From Plasmodiophora brassicae (taxonomy: Eukaryota), in the NCBI GenBank assembly GCA_036867785.1, contig CP145419.1, positions 1,116,001-1,180,000 of the forward strand: DNA of 64,000 nucleotides, given 5' to 3'. The position numbers and the translations under genes were made by a program. This document shows positions 41,053 to 54,173 of the stretch, one piece after another (within the stretch, counting starts at the first letter, position 1; the number at the start of each line of letters is the position of its first letter). Below the pieces are notes generated by a model, which searched no databases, was not told the origin of the DNA, and was given only the letters and a program-made list of their open reading frames with translations.

Positions 41053-44000
41053 CTAGAACCAGGGGTGCCAGGTGGCCGGCATGGCGCTCAGGTTGTCGAT
41101 GCTGGTCGCCTGTTCGACGAGGCGCTGGATCTTGGCGTTGATCGGCGCGGGCACCTTAGCCCCGGGCGCGTCCGACGTCGTCGTCGTCGGCGGCGGCGGC
41201 GACGACGGCATCAGCGACTGGACGCGGTTCAGGACGGCCGTCGTGTTCTGCGACACGTGCGCGCGCAGCGACCGCTCCAGGTCGTCCAGGGCGCTCTCCG
41301 ACCCGATCGGCTGCAGCGTGACGCTCCAGGAGAGTAGGTCGTCGCGCAGGAACAGGTTCAGATAGTTCTTCAGGATGTGCTGCCGGCGCAGCCAGCAGGC
41401 GGCCGACGAGATGAACGCGCTGCCGAACACGCCCTCGATCAGGAACGGCGTGCAGAACTCGGCCAGGTTCGGGGTCAGCCGGAACGGGACCTGCCGCCGC
41501 AGCGTTCAGAACACGCCCTGGCAGAACGCAACGCCCCCAGTTACCTGTTCGGCGTGGTCGATGGCGTGCTCCGGCGTGTACGACGGGTAGAAGTCGTTCT
41601 GGACGATGCGGCCGGTGCGTCTGGAGAACCAGATGCGTTGTGGCGTGCGGTCGCCGATGCGCAGGGCGAACGTGAGGAACGACGTCAGGCCGAGCTGCTT
41701 GGCGAACTCGACCTTGAACGCCCAGAGCGCGTCGTGCGTCGGCAGCGTCCGCTCCAGGTACTGGCGCAGCGTGTTCGGCGGCACGTGGTTCATCATGATG
41801 CGCTTGTGGATCCGGTGGCGCGCGGCGTCCCGCTCGTCGTCGACAACGCCGCCCAGCTGGTTCCGGTACACGGTCAGCGCGTCATCGGCGTCCATGTTCT
41901 TCACGAAGCACATGTGCTCCAGGACGGCGTCCAGCGACACGAACGACGGGTCGCACTCGTACAGGCGCAGGCGGTTCGTCAGCGGGACGACGGCGGGCAC
42001 GTCCAGGGCAATGCTGCGTTCGCGCGTCTCCCGCGACTTGCGCATCAGCTGGTTCAGGATCCGCCCCATCTGCATCATGCGCTCGTCCGACTTGGTGATG
42101 TGCGACACGAAGAACTGGACGAGGAAGTACCGCAGGGTGCCGTCGCACCCGACGAACCCGATCCGCCGGAACGACATGCCGTTGTGCCGGACGATGCCGA
42201 CCAGGTGCGAGAAGCGCACCAGCATGACGTGGGCGCCAGGCTTCGGCTCCGCGCCGTTGCCGTACTGCCCCGGGATCTCAATGTTTCTCGCCTCGAACCG
42301 GGCCAGGTACGTGGACAGGCGCACCAGCTCCCGCATGTGCTCCTGGCGATGCGACTGCGACACGGCGCGACGCAGCGTGCTCTGTGCCACCAGCACAGCA
42401 CCCGTCAGCAGGGGAACGACGACGACGAAGACAGCGGCAGTAGCAGCGTAGTAGTACGTACCTTCCACCATTTCAGCTTGCGCATCAGGCGGGTCAGCGT
42501 CGTCGGGTACTCGGTGCCGTCGGGCGGCGGCAGGAACTCGCGCAGGAACCGCTCGCGGTACAGGTGCATGAACCGGGTCAGCGTCGGCTTCGACGACGCG
42601 TGCATGCCGCCCTGCAGGAAGAACTTGGAGCACACCCGGCGGATGTTCTCCGTCAGGGCCTGCGGCACCGTGTCCTGCGCCGTGATCGGCTGCCGGAAGC
42701 ACTTCAGGAACAGGGCCTGCACGGTGGACAGCAGCTCCTCCTGCGGCTCCGGCCGGAAGCACCGCCCCATCTCCTCGAGCATCTTCTCCAGCTCCGACAC
42801 CAGGTTCAGGTGCGACTGGCGCAGGACGGTCACGACGGCGCGCACGTTGGCGTTCGAGCGCTCGCCGGCCGCACGAGACGCCGCCGTCGACGACGGGGCG
42901 GCGGGGCCCACGTCCGGCGAGGTGCCGATCTGAACGGGCGGGGGCGTCACGGGAGGCGCCTCGTCCTGCCGCATCTCGGGACTGCCCGCCACCGGCGGGA
43001 CCGGGCGACTGCCAGACGTGTGTCAGGGAGCAGAAGAGACGGGGGCAGGGCACGCACGCGTCCCGACCTGACAGCGGCCGCAGCGGCAGCGGCCGCGTGC
43101 TGTTGCATCATGCGTTGGTGGTCGCGGCGCTCGTGCAGGTAGGCGCGCACGTCGTAGTAGATGGCCTGTGGGAACGACTTGGCGACGTTCTGCAGGATCG
43201 CCGTGTACGCCGTGCCTTCCGGGCGCGACAGCGAGCTGATGAGCTGGGGCAGCCACAGCAGCCAGACCCAGACGGGCAGGTCCAGCGAGTACTTCTTGAA
43301 GACGGCGTTGAGCGGCCCGTCGTTCTTGTCGTACGTGAGCAGCCAGAGCACGCGGGCCAGCGTCAGGCGCGCCCGGTCCGACGTGTGGAAGCGGACGGCT
43401 TGCAGGTAGCAGGTGATGGTGTACTCGGCCCACTGCCGGTCCTTCTGCAGGCCGAACAGCTGGTCGCAGAAGGCGCCCCAGGACAGCCACCCCTTGCCGT
43501 AGTCGTCGCAGACGGCCAGCGACGACGAGAACGCCGTGTGCGACTCCTCGCCGTGCCCGAGGTGCTCCAGGGCCTCCCCCTTCAGGCGGAACATCTCGGC
43601 GCACTGCTCGCCCGTGTACCTGTCCATCGGGCTCTGGTTCAGCAGCGACACCGCCGACCGGATCTCGTCCGCCGTCTGCAGGCAGATCTTCACCTGCTCG
43701 CGCAGCTTGGCGAACGATTCCGCCGGGGACAACCCGGCCGTCGGGAGCTTGTCCAACCACGTCAGGCAGACCTGCACCATCGGGGTTAGCACACAGATCG
43801 CGCTGTGCACACACTGGAGGCGGGCACGTGTGTACCTGGGGAAGTTGCTGTCGGCGCGCCGTCTCCGCCATCTTGACGACGGTCCACGTCGTATCGTTGT
43901 AGGCGAGTTCCTGCTGCGGCGCGCTCGCCAGCGACTGGAACGCCGCCGACAGCCGCTGGAAGACCTGCAGGCGCCCGCAGACGATCTCGTTCCAGATCGT

Positions 44001-47000
44001 GATCGAGTCCCAGTAGTTGGGCAGGCGGTCGCGCCAGGCGGACAGCAGGTTCTTGAAGTCGGGCACGCGGTTCTGCTTGAACGCCTTGCCGGCTTCGTCG
44101 ATCATGATGCGGCCTTCGCGCAGCTCGACCAGCTGCTGGAAACGGGACAGCAGGTCGACGTGGGCGGTGCCCAGGAACGACGGCCGGCGCATCCACTCCT
44201 GCAGGGCGATATCCATCGCCCGGTCCAGCATCGACACCTGCTTCGTCGTGATTCGCTGGATCAGGACCGCCAGCGGGACGGACGACGACGCGTCCGACGC
44301 CGGCGCGCCGTTGCCGTCGTCCTCGCCCAGCGCGCGCAGCACCAGGGCGGCCTGCTGCTGGGACATGGTTTGCAGGCGGTACATCAGGCCGGACAAGGGG
44401 ATGGTCGGATGCGAATCGGTGCCGTACTTGTCGCACAGCGACTCGAGCGCGGCCGTGTCGCCGGCGAGCGACGCCGACTCGAGGACCAGGTCGGCGCGTT
44501 GCAACTGCGATGCAACGTCGCCGATCTGCGCCCACTGGTGCAGGTGCTTCGCACATCGAACCCATTCGTGCTCCCACATGACGGCTTCGTCGGCGCCCGG
44601 GTGCGGCACCGGGGCACCACCGGCGTCGGCGCCGGGCGGCCCCTACACACACGCGTGAGCCCTCCCAAACGTTGAACAGCGGCACCGGCGCAAAGCGAAC
44701 CTGAATGGACTTCAGCGCGCCGAAGAACTCCTCCTGGGCGCGCGGCCACAGGCCGTACTGCTCCAGAGCGGTGGCCGCACGTGTGAACGGGGACACCGCC
44801 CGTATCTGGACGATGCCAGCGATGACGTCGTGCTCGGACAGCTCGGAATGCAATTCGATCAGGGCGCGGACGGCCAGGGCGTGATCGGCGGCGACGCCGG
44901 GCTGCATCGGCGGGTGCAGGACCAGCCGATCCAGCAGGGCGGACGCCGAGTGCCACGCGCCGAACGTTCGCCCCAGGTAGGAGATGAGTTCGGGGCGCAG
45001 GTCGGGCGGGCGATCGCATCTGTCGAACGATGCCAGCAGGGCGTGCACGACATTCGGACGGTAGCGGAGCTGCTTGAGCAGATCGTCGCGGGACAGGACG
45101 CGCGACAGCACAGACGTCACACCAGGCTGGTCGCCAGCGGGGACCTAAGCAACTGTCTAAGTGCACGCCGACCGACGAGCAGTGGGGACGACCGACCAGA
45201 CTCCAGGCGATCGGGAAGATGCGCTCCCAGGACAGGCGGGCCAGGCTGTCGTCGGCCAGCGCCAAACGATACATCGGGCCGATCAGAGCGCCGGCCTTCG
45301 TTGCGGTCAGCATAGCAATAAAGTCCTTCTGTTTGCCCAGCGCCTGCCGCTGACTGGTGATCGCAGCGGGGCCGCCCTCCGACGACAGGCTCCCGACGCG
45401 TAGCCGGGAGTGCTCCTGCGACAGAAACAGAGGGGCGTCGGCGTGCGCCAGCGACAGGATCATCTCGAGGCCGTGCGACAGCCAGAACCGGTCGGCGACG
45501 GTCGCCCATCCCGAGGTCTCAAAGATGAACTCGAGGCGGGAGGCCACGGTCGCACCCGCCAACGCCTCCAGGTACCGCATCATGCGGGCGTGGATGTCGG
45601 GCTCGGAGGATCGCAGGACGCCCATGACGGGGCGTGCCAGCAGCTTCAGCAGCGCGGCGTTCGGCGCCCCCTCTTTCACCTCGCTGTGCAGCACGTCGAG
45701 GACGGCAGTGAACAGCCGGATGAGGACGCCGGTGCCGTCGTCCGCCAGGCCGCCGCTGTGGGCGAACTCCTCGAACCGACTCATGCGGACGAGCAGGTTG
45801 CACTTCTCCTTCAGCGTCAGGTCGGGCAGCGGGTGCTTCCCCGAGATCCACCCGCAGACGATGACCACGACGGACGAGACGATGTCGAAGTCCTCGCTCT
45901 TGTCGATCAGGTGCAGCATGGTCTGCAGAACCTGACACAGCGCGTTAACCGATCGTGGCACGTGTTGACGGGTGCGCGCAGCGTACCTGCTTACGCTGCT
46001 CTCGCATGCTGGGCGCCCGACGTTCCACCAGGCGGAGCGAGCACAGGAGGGCGGGTTTGTCATGCTGCTGGCCGGTGGCGGCGGCCGACGACCCCGATGG
46101 CCCTTGCGCTTTCTTGACCGACGCCGACGCGCCCGACACGGCAGCCGACGACGCTTGCAGGCATCGTCGCATGAGCGTATGCTGTGCCGCCGCCAGCGCC
46201 GCGTTCAGGCCGGGCAAGAACAGGGGCGTCCGCAACGACGCCAGGTCCAGAGCGGAGAGCGTCAGGCGCAGCGTGTCAACGTCCTTGTGCTGGATCCCGG
46301 CGGCGATCCCCTTGCACAACGACGCGTAGATCGGGGCGACGTCCTCGCCGTCGGCGCCGGCGGCAGGCAGCGTCGCTTCCAGACGACGAAGGAACGACTG
46401 GAACGCCTCCAGCAGCGCGTCATCGACGGGAACGGCAAACACGCGGCCGATGATCCCATCGATCATGACCGTTCGGATGTCCGACTCCGACAGGAACGGG
46501 GCGCTGCGACCCGCCAGCAGCGCATCGAACAGCTTGAGCACATGGACGAGCGAAGCACCGTCCAGATGGGAAACGAGCGGGGCGATGACATCGTCCAGCG
46601 CCGCAAACGACGCCGTTGGCCACACGGACGAGGCCGTCGCCAGCGTCGTAATGATCCGAGACGATACGGCCTGTGTCGCTGGTTGCTGCGCCGTCAGGCA
46701 TCGCTTGAACGTCTCGATCAGAATGCCAATGACGACCGTTGCCGACGGGGCGGACGCAACCCAACGATGGGACGACACGAGGCTCGACGTCGACAGGTGG
46801 AATCGAGGCGACGACGACCTCGACGACGTCCGGCGCGTTTTCGACGGCGCCTTCTGGCGTTTCGGGGGCGACGGCGAGGCCGGCAACTCGGCGTTGTGCA
46901 CGGCAGCAACCGACGACCACAGGAACAGCTGGTCGACCATGTCGAGAATAACAGGGACGCGCTCCCGATCAGGGAACGCGGTCTGCCGGTTCGCCAGGTC

Positions 47001-50000
47001 AGCGGAGAGCGGGACGGCCTGTATAAGGGCATCGCCCAGATGAGACAGGTACGGAACGAAGAGCGCGTCGCACCGCAGGACGTGGCGGAACACCTGTCGA
47101 GCACACAATGAATGGATACTGTCGCGACAGACGACGACAACGGGAACCGGACGGTACCTCCAGGGCGTTCGCCGGCGAGCTCGATGCCACGCGTCCGGTG
47201 AGGACCACCCAAGCGGGAACATCAATGTCAGCGAACAGGCCGCTCAGGAGGACATCGTCATCCGCTTCGGGCTGGTCGGATGCAGTGAACGGGTGCAGCT
47301 GGGCGAACTCGTGCGCCGCCTGCGACTTGGGCGGTTCCAGGGCCAGCTCGTCGAACGACTGGTGGAAGAACGTCGCCAGGGCGTCGAGCGCGTCCTTGCA
47401 AACGTCATGCGTCCTGGCACAGCGGAACGCGCGAATGTACAGTCCAAGGTAGGCACAGCGTTTCGAGGAGCGGCTGGCGATCGCCGTGCGAACCAGCAGA
47501 AGGAGCGTGGCCGCCTGAAGCGCGGATTCGTCGCCGGAAATCGTTGGCAACAATGGCACCTGCTGGACGCCCAGCTGTGCACGGGCGAACGAAGACAGCT
47601 GGGACAGCGTGCCAATCTTGAACAGGTCATGCGCCCGCTCGATCAAGACGGCGAACAGGGTCGCGAGTTCCACTTTGACGCCGATCGAATGCGACTCGTT
47701 GTCGGCGTTGTCGATCAGCGGGCCGACCACGCTGCTGAATATCGAGCGGACCTCGCGCTCGGGACGCAGGCGGGCAATCGGGAGAAGGAGCAGCCGTATG
47801 CCAGCGCACCGGTCCGCATTCGTGAACGTGGAATGCGACGGTTGGTCCGGTGTCGAGGCGGGCGGGAGGACGTTCGCGACAAAGTCGCGCACGACAGCGG
47901 CCAGCTTCATGATCGAGAGGCCCAGCGCGATCTCGTCCATGAAGAACGCGTCGATGAATGCGAAATCGACCGGAGCCTTCGTGCCCGTCGCCGACAGCAG
48001 CATCCACAGCGTCGAGATTGGCATGGACGATGTTGCAGAATGTGGGCTTGATCCTGTGGACAGGGACGGATCCAGGCGCGATGTCCAATCTGTATCGCTG
48101 TCAGGTGACGACTACCACCGACCCATAGCAGGCACGACTTACAAGACACCAAGCAATGAGCGAGCCGAATCCGCTTCACAACCTGCTCCGTTGGCGTATC
48201 GGGAACGATCGACATGTTCGACTGGGCCATCCACGACTGGAACACGGCCTGCACGATACGCGACGCTTCCGGCTGCGCCAGCCAGAGCGGACGGTACTGG
48301 ACCAACTGGTACACAATGTTGACGCCCTGCAGCTCCAGCTCTTCGACCGCTTTCTCAGGGATCTGACGCCGCTGGACGGATTCAGTATCAGGCACGTCGT
48401 GCGCACTGTCGATGTCCATGGCATTGTCGGCACCGCCAGATTCCTGCATCCGCATCTGGCGCTGCTGTTGCCTGTGGATCTGCATCTGCTGCGCCTGCGT
48501 CTGCTGCGACTGCTCAATGTTGAACGACGCAGCCAGGAGTTGGTCGGACAGCATGATGAGGGTTTCGCAGACGACCCCGCAGGACGGCGACGCCAAGATC
48601 TCGAGGAACAGCTGCGACAGGCGCCGATCGACCAGATTCTTGGGGGTTAGGAAGAACGCGACAGCCTCCGCGGCGTACTTGCAGACGAACCGAAGAAGAG
48701 GAGGTCGGAAGGGTGACGGCTGCAGGACGCTGTGCCCACCGAATACGCGAAGCAGAGGAAGCATGGACTCAAGCGACACAACCGCCATGACAAGTTTTGT
48801 CAGGAACTGACGTGGTGCTAAACAAACACGTCAGAGGAGGCCGGCGAGATTGCACATCGCAGCGTACCAGGAGGAAGCCGATGGAATAGATCCAGTAGGC
48901 GGCAGGGAAGGCGAACCTCGTCACCCGGTTTGCAGAGCGCAGGAAGGGCGACCGGCTGCGGGACGGTCAGCATCTGCTTGATGGCTTCACTGAAGAAAAA
49001 CAGGTGATCGAGAAGCGTGCGCCCCAGCGTCACGTTGAAGCAGTGCGAAAGAAGTTGCAGCAGGTGCTCCAGAAGGTCCAGCAATGGCATCGTCAACGTC
49101 GACGAATCCGCCAGATTGCGAAGCACAGGCTCCAAGCAGTTGCGAAGCAACGCCTTCGGCAACTTGTGGTGTCGGCACAGAATGGCAAGGCCACGTTTGG
49201 CGGCGACGACGACGCGCGACCCAGAGTTTCGATCAACAAGCGCATTGAACAGCGACTGAACGACAGCGTTACGCAGGTCGTCGTTGGAGCTCAGCGGCGT
49301 TGACGAAACCGTAACGGCCATCAGGGAAATGTACTCGACCTGACAATTTCGATTAGCAGTCAGCCAGCTTGCCGGACACGAACCTTGACTAACCGTTAAT
49401 CGCGAGAATTCCAGGGATGATGCGCGTCCCATAGGCTGCCGGTTTCTCGAGGAGCGCCCTGCCTTCAATGATTCGATCGTATCGCGGACCAATGTGACCA
49501 GCTGGTCAGGAGGAACGAGGGACGGGCGCAATCGCAGTGCAAGGCACGCAGACCAGACGTACCCGACGCGCATCGATGGTGCCACCTTCGACAGCGTTCG
49601 GTGCAGAACGGGTTCGGCCAGTTTGTCCAGGATCGGTGACAGCAGGGTGCCCAGGTGGATCTCACGGCGCTCGGCGACGTGTTCCATCAACCGGAGGCAG
49701 ATATAACGACAGGACGGCAACGGGTCGCTGAGGTGCGCCGCCATTTCGTTGACAAGAATGGCGTCATTGCTTGGGTCCTGATCCAGGAACGCGTCCACGA
49801 TAGCAAGCAGGTTGTTTTCGGCAACCTCGATCAGGGCAGCCGTCCGCTCCGTTGGCGCCTCGGTGTCGAACGATTCATCCGTTGAACGCTCGCTGTCAAC
49901 CAGGTCGGTTTCATCTTCGGGGTCATAGTACCGCAACTGCTGGTACGAAGCCGTCTGCTCGCCGAGCGTTGCAATCAGCGCGTTGGCAACCTCGATCGTA

Positions 50001-53000
50001 TGCCCGGCAAGCCACCTTTCATCCAATCGCCTACGCTGACAATCAACAGCCGCATAAGCGCTTTTCGTCACGCGAACCTGTACCTGACGAGAATGGACAG
50101 GCCTGCAACTCCGGCCGTACGGCTGGCAATGGAGCGCCCGTAACAAGCGGTCATAAGCCGTAAGAGCAGGGCGTCAATGGCGGCCGAGTCGGAGGCTCCG
50201 TCGACACCAAACAGGACAATGAGCTCATCGACGAACATCTCAATAGCATCGAGCATTGCGGCATGCAGGCGCTCGTTCGCGAACGTCGAAGGCTCCATGA
50301 GCTGGTCAACGAGCGCTTGTATGACGACCTGGCGTTCGCTTTCCAGCAGACCGCCAGACGTCATTGCCGAGGCGGGCGGCGGGAGGGGGCGCGGGTCCAG
50401 CGCGTACGTTAGCGCAAAGAATCGGATCAAGCGCTCCAGGTAGACTTGTGCTTCACGTGCGGGACCCGGTTGGGCGCGCCCACCTGCTGCAATCAGCAGC
50501 AGACCCTCAATCAGGCGCTTGGCGGCAACGTCGAGCGCGTCCAGTTTCGGGCGCCGACGAACGATCATGACCATCTCCTGTTCCGCATTGTCAGGCAGAC
50601 TGACCGGGCCAGCATCCACATCGTCGTCGGCGCCGTCGACCATAGAGAACGGTGTACGTGGGGCCGCCGCAGGTGGCTGGGATACCGGGAGTCGATGCAT
50701 GTCGATGGGTACGGACGGATCAATGTCGAATATGCACGGGACGCAGGCCTTGATTAGGTTCAGCGCATGGACGTCGAACCCGCCACTGTGCAGGTTCGTC
50801 GACTGCCGCAGGCATTCAACAGCCTTCCCCAGGATCGCCGAGAACGGCAACGAAACGCGATGGTTGTTAATGAGCAGACGGAACGACAGGCCTTCGTGAA
50901 CGTTGTCTCGATACGGCAGCGCCATCGGGTCCGTCAGGAAGCGACGATTCCGGCCGCCGAGTTTGCCCAGGAGGGACAGGGCAGCGGCCCCGAACGGCGC
51001 TGGGGACGGGCGAAGCAACGCGCATAGCGATCGCATCGCTGACGATATTTCGGAAGCGAGGTTCACGAACAGATAATCGTGGTTCAGCTTGTCAACCCAG
51101 AACTCGAACGTCCGAAGACCGATCTTGACGACCTGTGTTGCACAGTAAGATGCCGACTAACCCTGGAACCGTGCCCACAACAGCGGCTACCTGGTCATCG
51201 CGCGACTCTAGCGCCCGAACGACCGAGTGCATCATGAGCGGAATGTAGGACAGTAGCGTGGACAGACGCGCAGGGACCGTTAGGCACAGTTCGACAGCGA
51301 GTTCACGGGTCGGCTGATCGTTCTGCGCCTGGTCCTGGAGTGACGACAGGCCAGCAAGCAGTTCGGGAAGCAACGGGACGAAGGTCTCGTAGAGCCGCTG
51401 GAACTTCCCGCCACCAATGCTCCGAAACAGGTGCCGAAGCATCAACAGATAATGCTGTTTGTAGCGACAGCGAAGCGCGAGTCGGACGGAGCGGCGAACC
51501 AGACGCGCCATGTAGGGCAGCAGCGCGTCCTCGTTGTCCGCGTACAATGATAACGACCCGGCCACAATACGGAACATGTTCAAGAGCAGCAGAGCCGTTG
51601 CCGATCGCGTTTTCTCCTCGTCGGTGGCATTAGGGCGCAACTCGGCGGCGGTCGGCGCGCCCATGTCCTCCAACCGTTCGAGGACAAAGATCATGACGAT
51701 GTCGGCGAAGATCTTCGATACGGACGGGTTGCCCAGGAACTGCTGCGGAATGACCAGACGCGGCAGGCGCTCGTACTTCACCATCGCCTCGAACAGGTGC
51801 CCAATGTCAACGCCCACGACGCGCCTGAAACTCGCCGGGTCCAGGCTCTGTACGACACGACCGTCACGAACTCCCACCAACAATGTTCTCAGCGCAAACT
51901 TACAACGAAGACGTTCGCAAACCTCTCGACAAACGAGGCGGCCGACGCAACTGGGACAATCGGCGACGGCCGTTTGGATCCGTCCAACGCGCCTCCCTCG
52001 GATGAGGGTTCAGACACGTCGACCGCTGGCGGTGGAGGTGAAGACGTGGGCTCGGAACTGGTCAGCTCAAACAGAGCGAAACAGCGCAAAGCACCTCGCA
52101 TGAAACGGGACACAAGCCGGCACTCGTCAATCTTGAACATCCATCCGCCTTTCGATCCCAGGGCGCCGCTGATGTTTGCTATCCGCCACAGCAGCGTCTG
52201 TAGGTCACGAACGATAACCTGCAGGAGCTGCTCGAGAGCGAGCACGTCATTCACCGGCGCTGTCCCGTCGTCCTCATCCACCAGCCTGGGGATTGCATCC
52301 GCGAGCGACTCCACCTTCACGACCAGCATCTGGAAGATCCGGACGAGAAGGTGGCGACCCCTCGTCTGCATGTCGTCGTCGACAGCGCCACCAGCCGCCA
52401 CTGACCCAGCGACGTCAGGCCGATCGACTCGGTTCGTTGTGCTAACTCTGAGAAAGCGGTCAGGCAAACGAGGGGAGCAAGGGCGTGTGCGAATGGCGTT
52501 ACCTGAAGATGTTCTCCACCAGAGCCAGTACGACCTGGAGCGACATGACTTGCATGTTGGCCGGCAGGGTCCGATCGTGGACGTTGAGGGCGAACGTGTG
52601 GATGATGTTGGCGAGTTGCCCGAGCGAATTCAGTTCGCCTTCGGCGCTAGCCCGCTTGACGATGTCGCTGATGATCTCCAGGGCGAGCTCGTGCATGGCC
52701 CGATGCCGAACGGGATCCGCGCCGCGCCCAAGCAGAACGGCCGTATCCAGGAACACGTTCAGGTGCCGGTAGACGCCGCGACGTAACTCGCTGCCGCCGA
52801 GAGCGCGTAACGCTTCCAGGACGTTCTCGCGGTCAGACCCACAGACGAGCAAGAGCTGGCGAGTGCTCGTGCAGAGCGTGTCCTGCAGCGGGAGGAGCAG
52901 GTCCCTGGTCGCCGGCGCCTGCACGCGAACAAGCCCGGCAATGAACGACAGCGTCCGGGCCTGGACGCTGATCAGCAGGTGGCAGGCGCGAACATTGGCC

Positions 53001-53728
53001 TTGTTCTGCCTCAGGTTGAACTTGAGCGCCTTGTGCATGACGGCCAGCAGCGCCGGGAGCGCCTCCATCAGCGCCGCCTCGTGCGTCGCCATCAGGCCGC
53101 GTAGCAGATTCGGGCACAACGACAGGATGCGAAGCGACTGGGCGCTGCGCATCACCACAGGCGACGACGAATGCTGGTCGTTGGCCATCGTCGGCAGATT
53201 CCGGTACGACGTCTCCACGAAACGTAACGCGTCGGCGGCCGTCGCGGCGCCGAGCGCGCTGCCGTGCGACGCGAACAGACGCGCCACGATGTTGCAGGCC
53301 AAGACGCCGTTGTCCTCGTTATCCGACGTCATGATGGCGAGGCAGGCGGATGTCAGCGACGATAAGGTCGGCGCGGGCAGCGACCCGAGGAACGCAACGC
53401 GATCGTGCAGGCAGGACAGGATCGCGCGGCGCACACGATGCCGCTGCCCGGTCGGGATGAACTCGGGCGCGTAATCGTCCAGGACTCTGTCCAGCGTTCC
53501 GTCAGCAAACGAACACTGACGTGGGACGCGGCGCCGTAACTGCAAGCACGCGTTGACGATGGCGTTGGAGATGGGCTCCAGGTCCGGATTCGGCATCGCC
53601 AGCAGACTCGGCGTCCAGACCAGGCCGATCGCATGGGCGGCCGCCGCCGGGTCCTTACCCTCCGACAGCGCGTTGATCAGGGCGGTCAGGTCGCTGACGT
53701 CGGCGCCAGTCGCCGCCGCCGACGGCAT
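41053..53728 (-). CDS. TRRAP: TRRAP/Tra1 PIKK-family pseudokinase scaffold (SAGA/NuA4), many short introns
   Basis: LFRSIGGGKF, ELCLTVPARLS, LGKLGGRNRRFL, WRDRLPNYWD, IEIPGQY, EQ/VPFRLTPN, and FATC ending LSAMPATWHPWF. Collinear ORFs span ~12.7 kb. Confidence 0.93.
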
Positions 53729-54173
53729 CGCTGAGGCGACGTTGCTGTCGTCCCCCTGGGCCCTTGACGGTACGCAGTACGCACGCACTATTGGAGGCGC
53801 TTCGCCGACCTGCACGGCAGGATCCCGCATGCGCGACCGAGACAGCCCCACCGGCCAATCCCGTTTGCAGCGCGCGACATGGCCCGCTCGTTGCCCGTCA
53901 GAAAATTCGCATCGTTCCGCACGTCAAATTGGCCAATGCATGACGCCCCCCCTCCCCCGGCACGTCGTTGTTCGCGAGCGCCGCGTGCGAGCTGCAAAGT
54001 GCGTGACTGGCGCCCCGCGTAGGACCCGGCTGTGGGGCGTCACGTCCGCCGGGGTTGCCGACACAGGGCGACAGTCGGTGCGTTATATTTCGGCGTTCGG
54101 TTTTGGGGCGGCACGATCACCGAGCGACGGTCGCGAGTGCGTCCCCCGGTGAACGGCGTCCGACACGACGACC

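Noticed and set aside
41053-53851. Many separate genes or a fragmented pseudogene
   Set aside because: The ORFs are collinear TRRAP segments, and the breaks examined correspond to short GT-AG introns.
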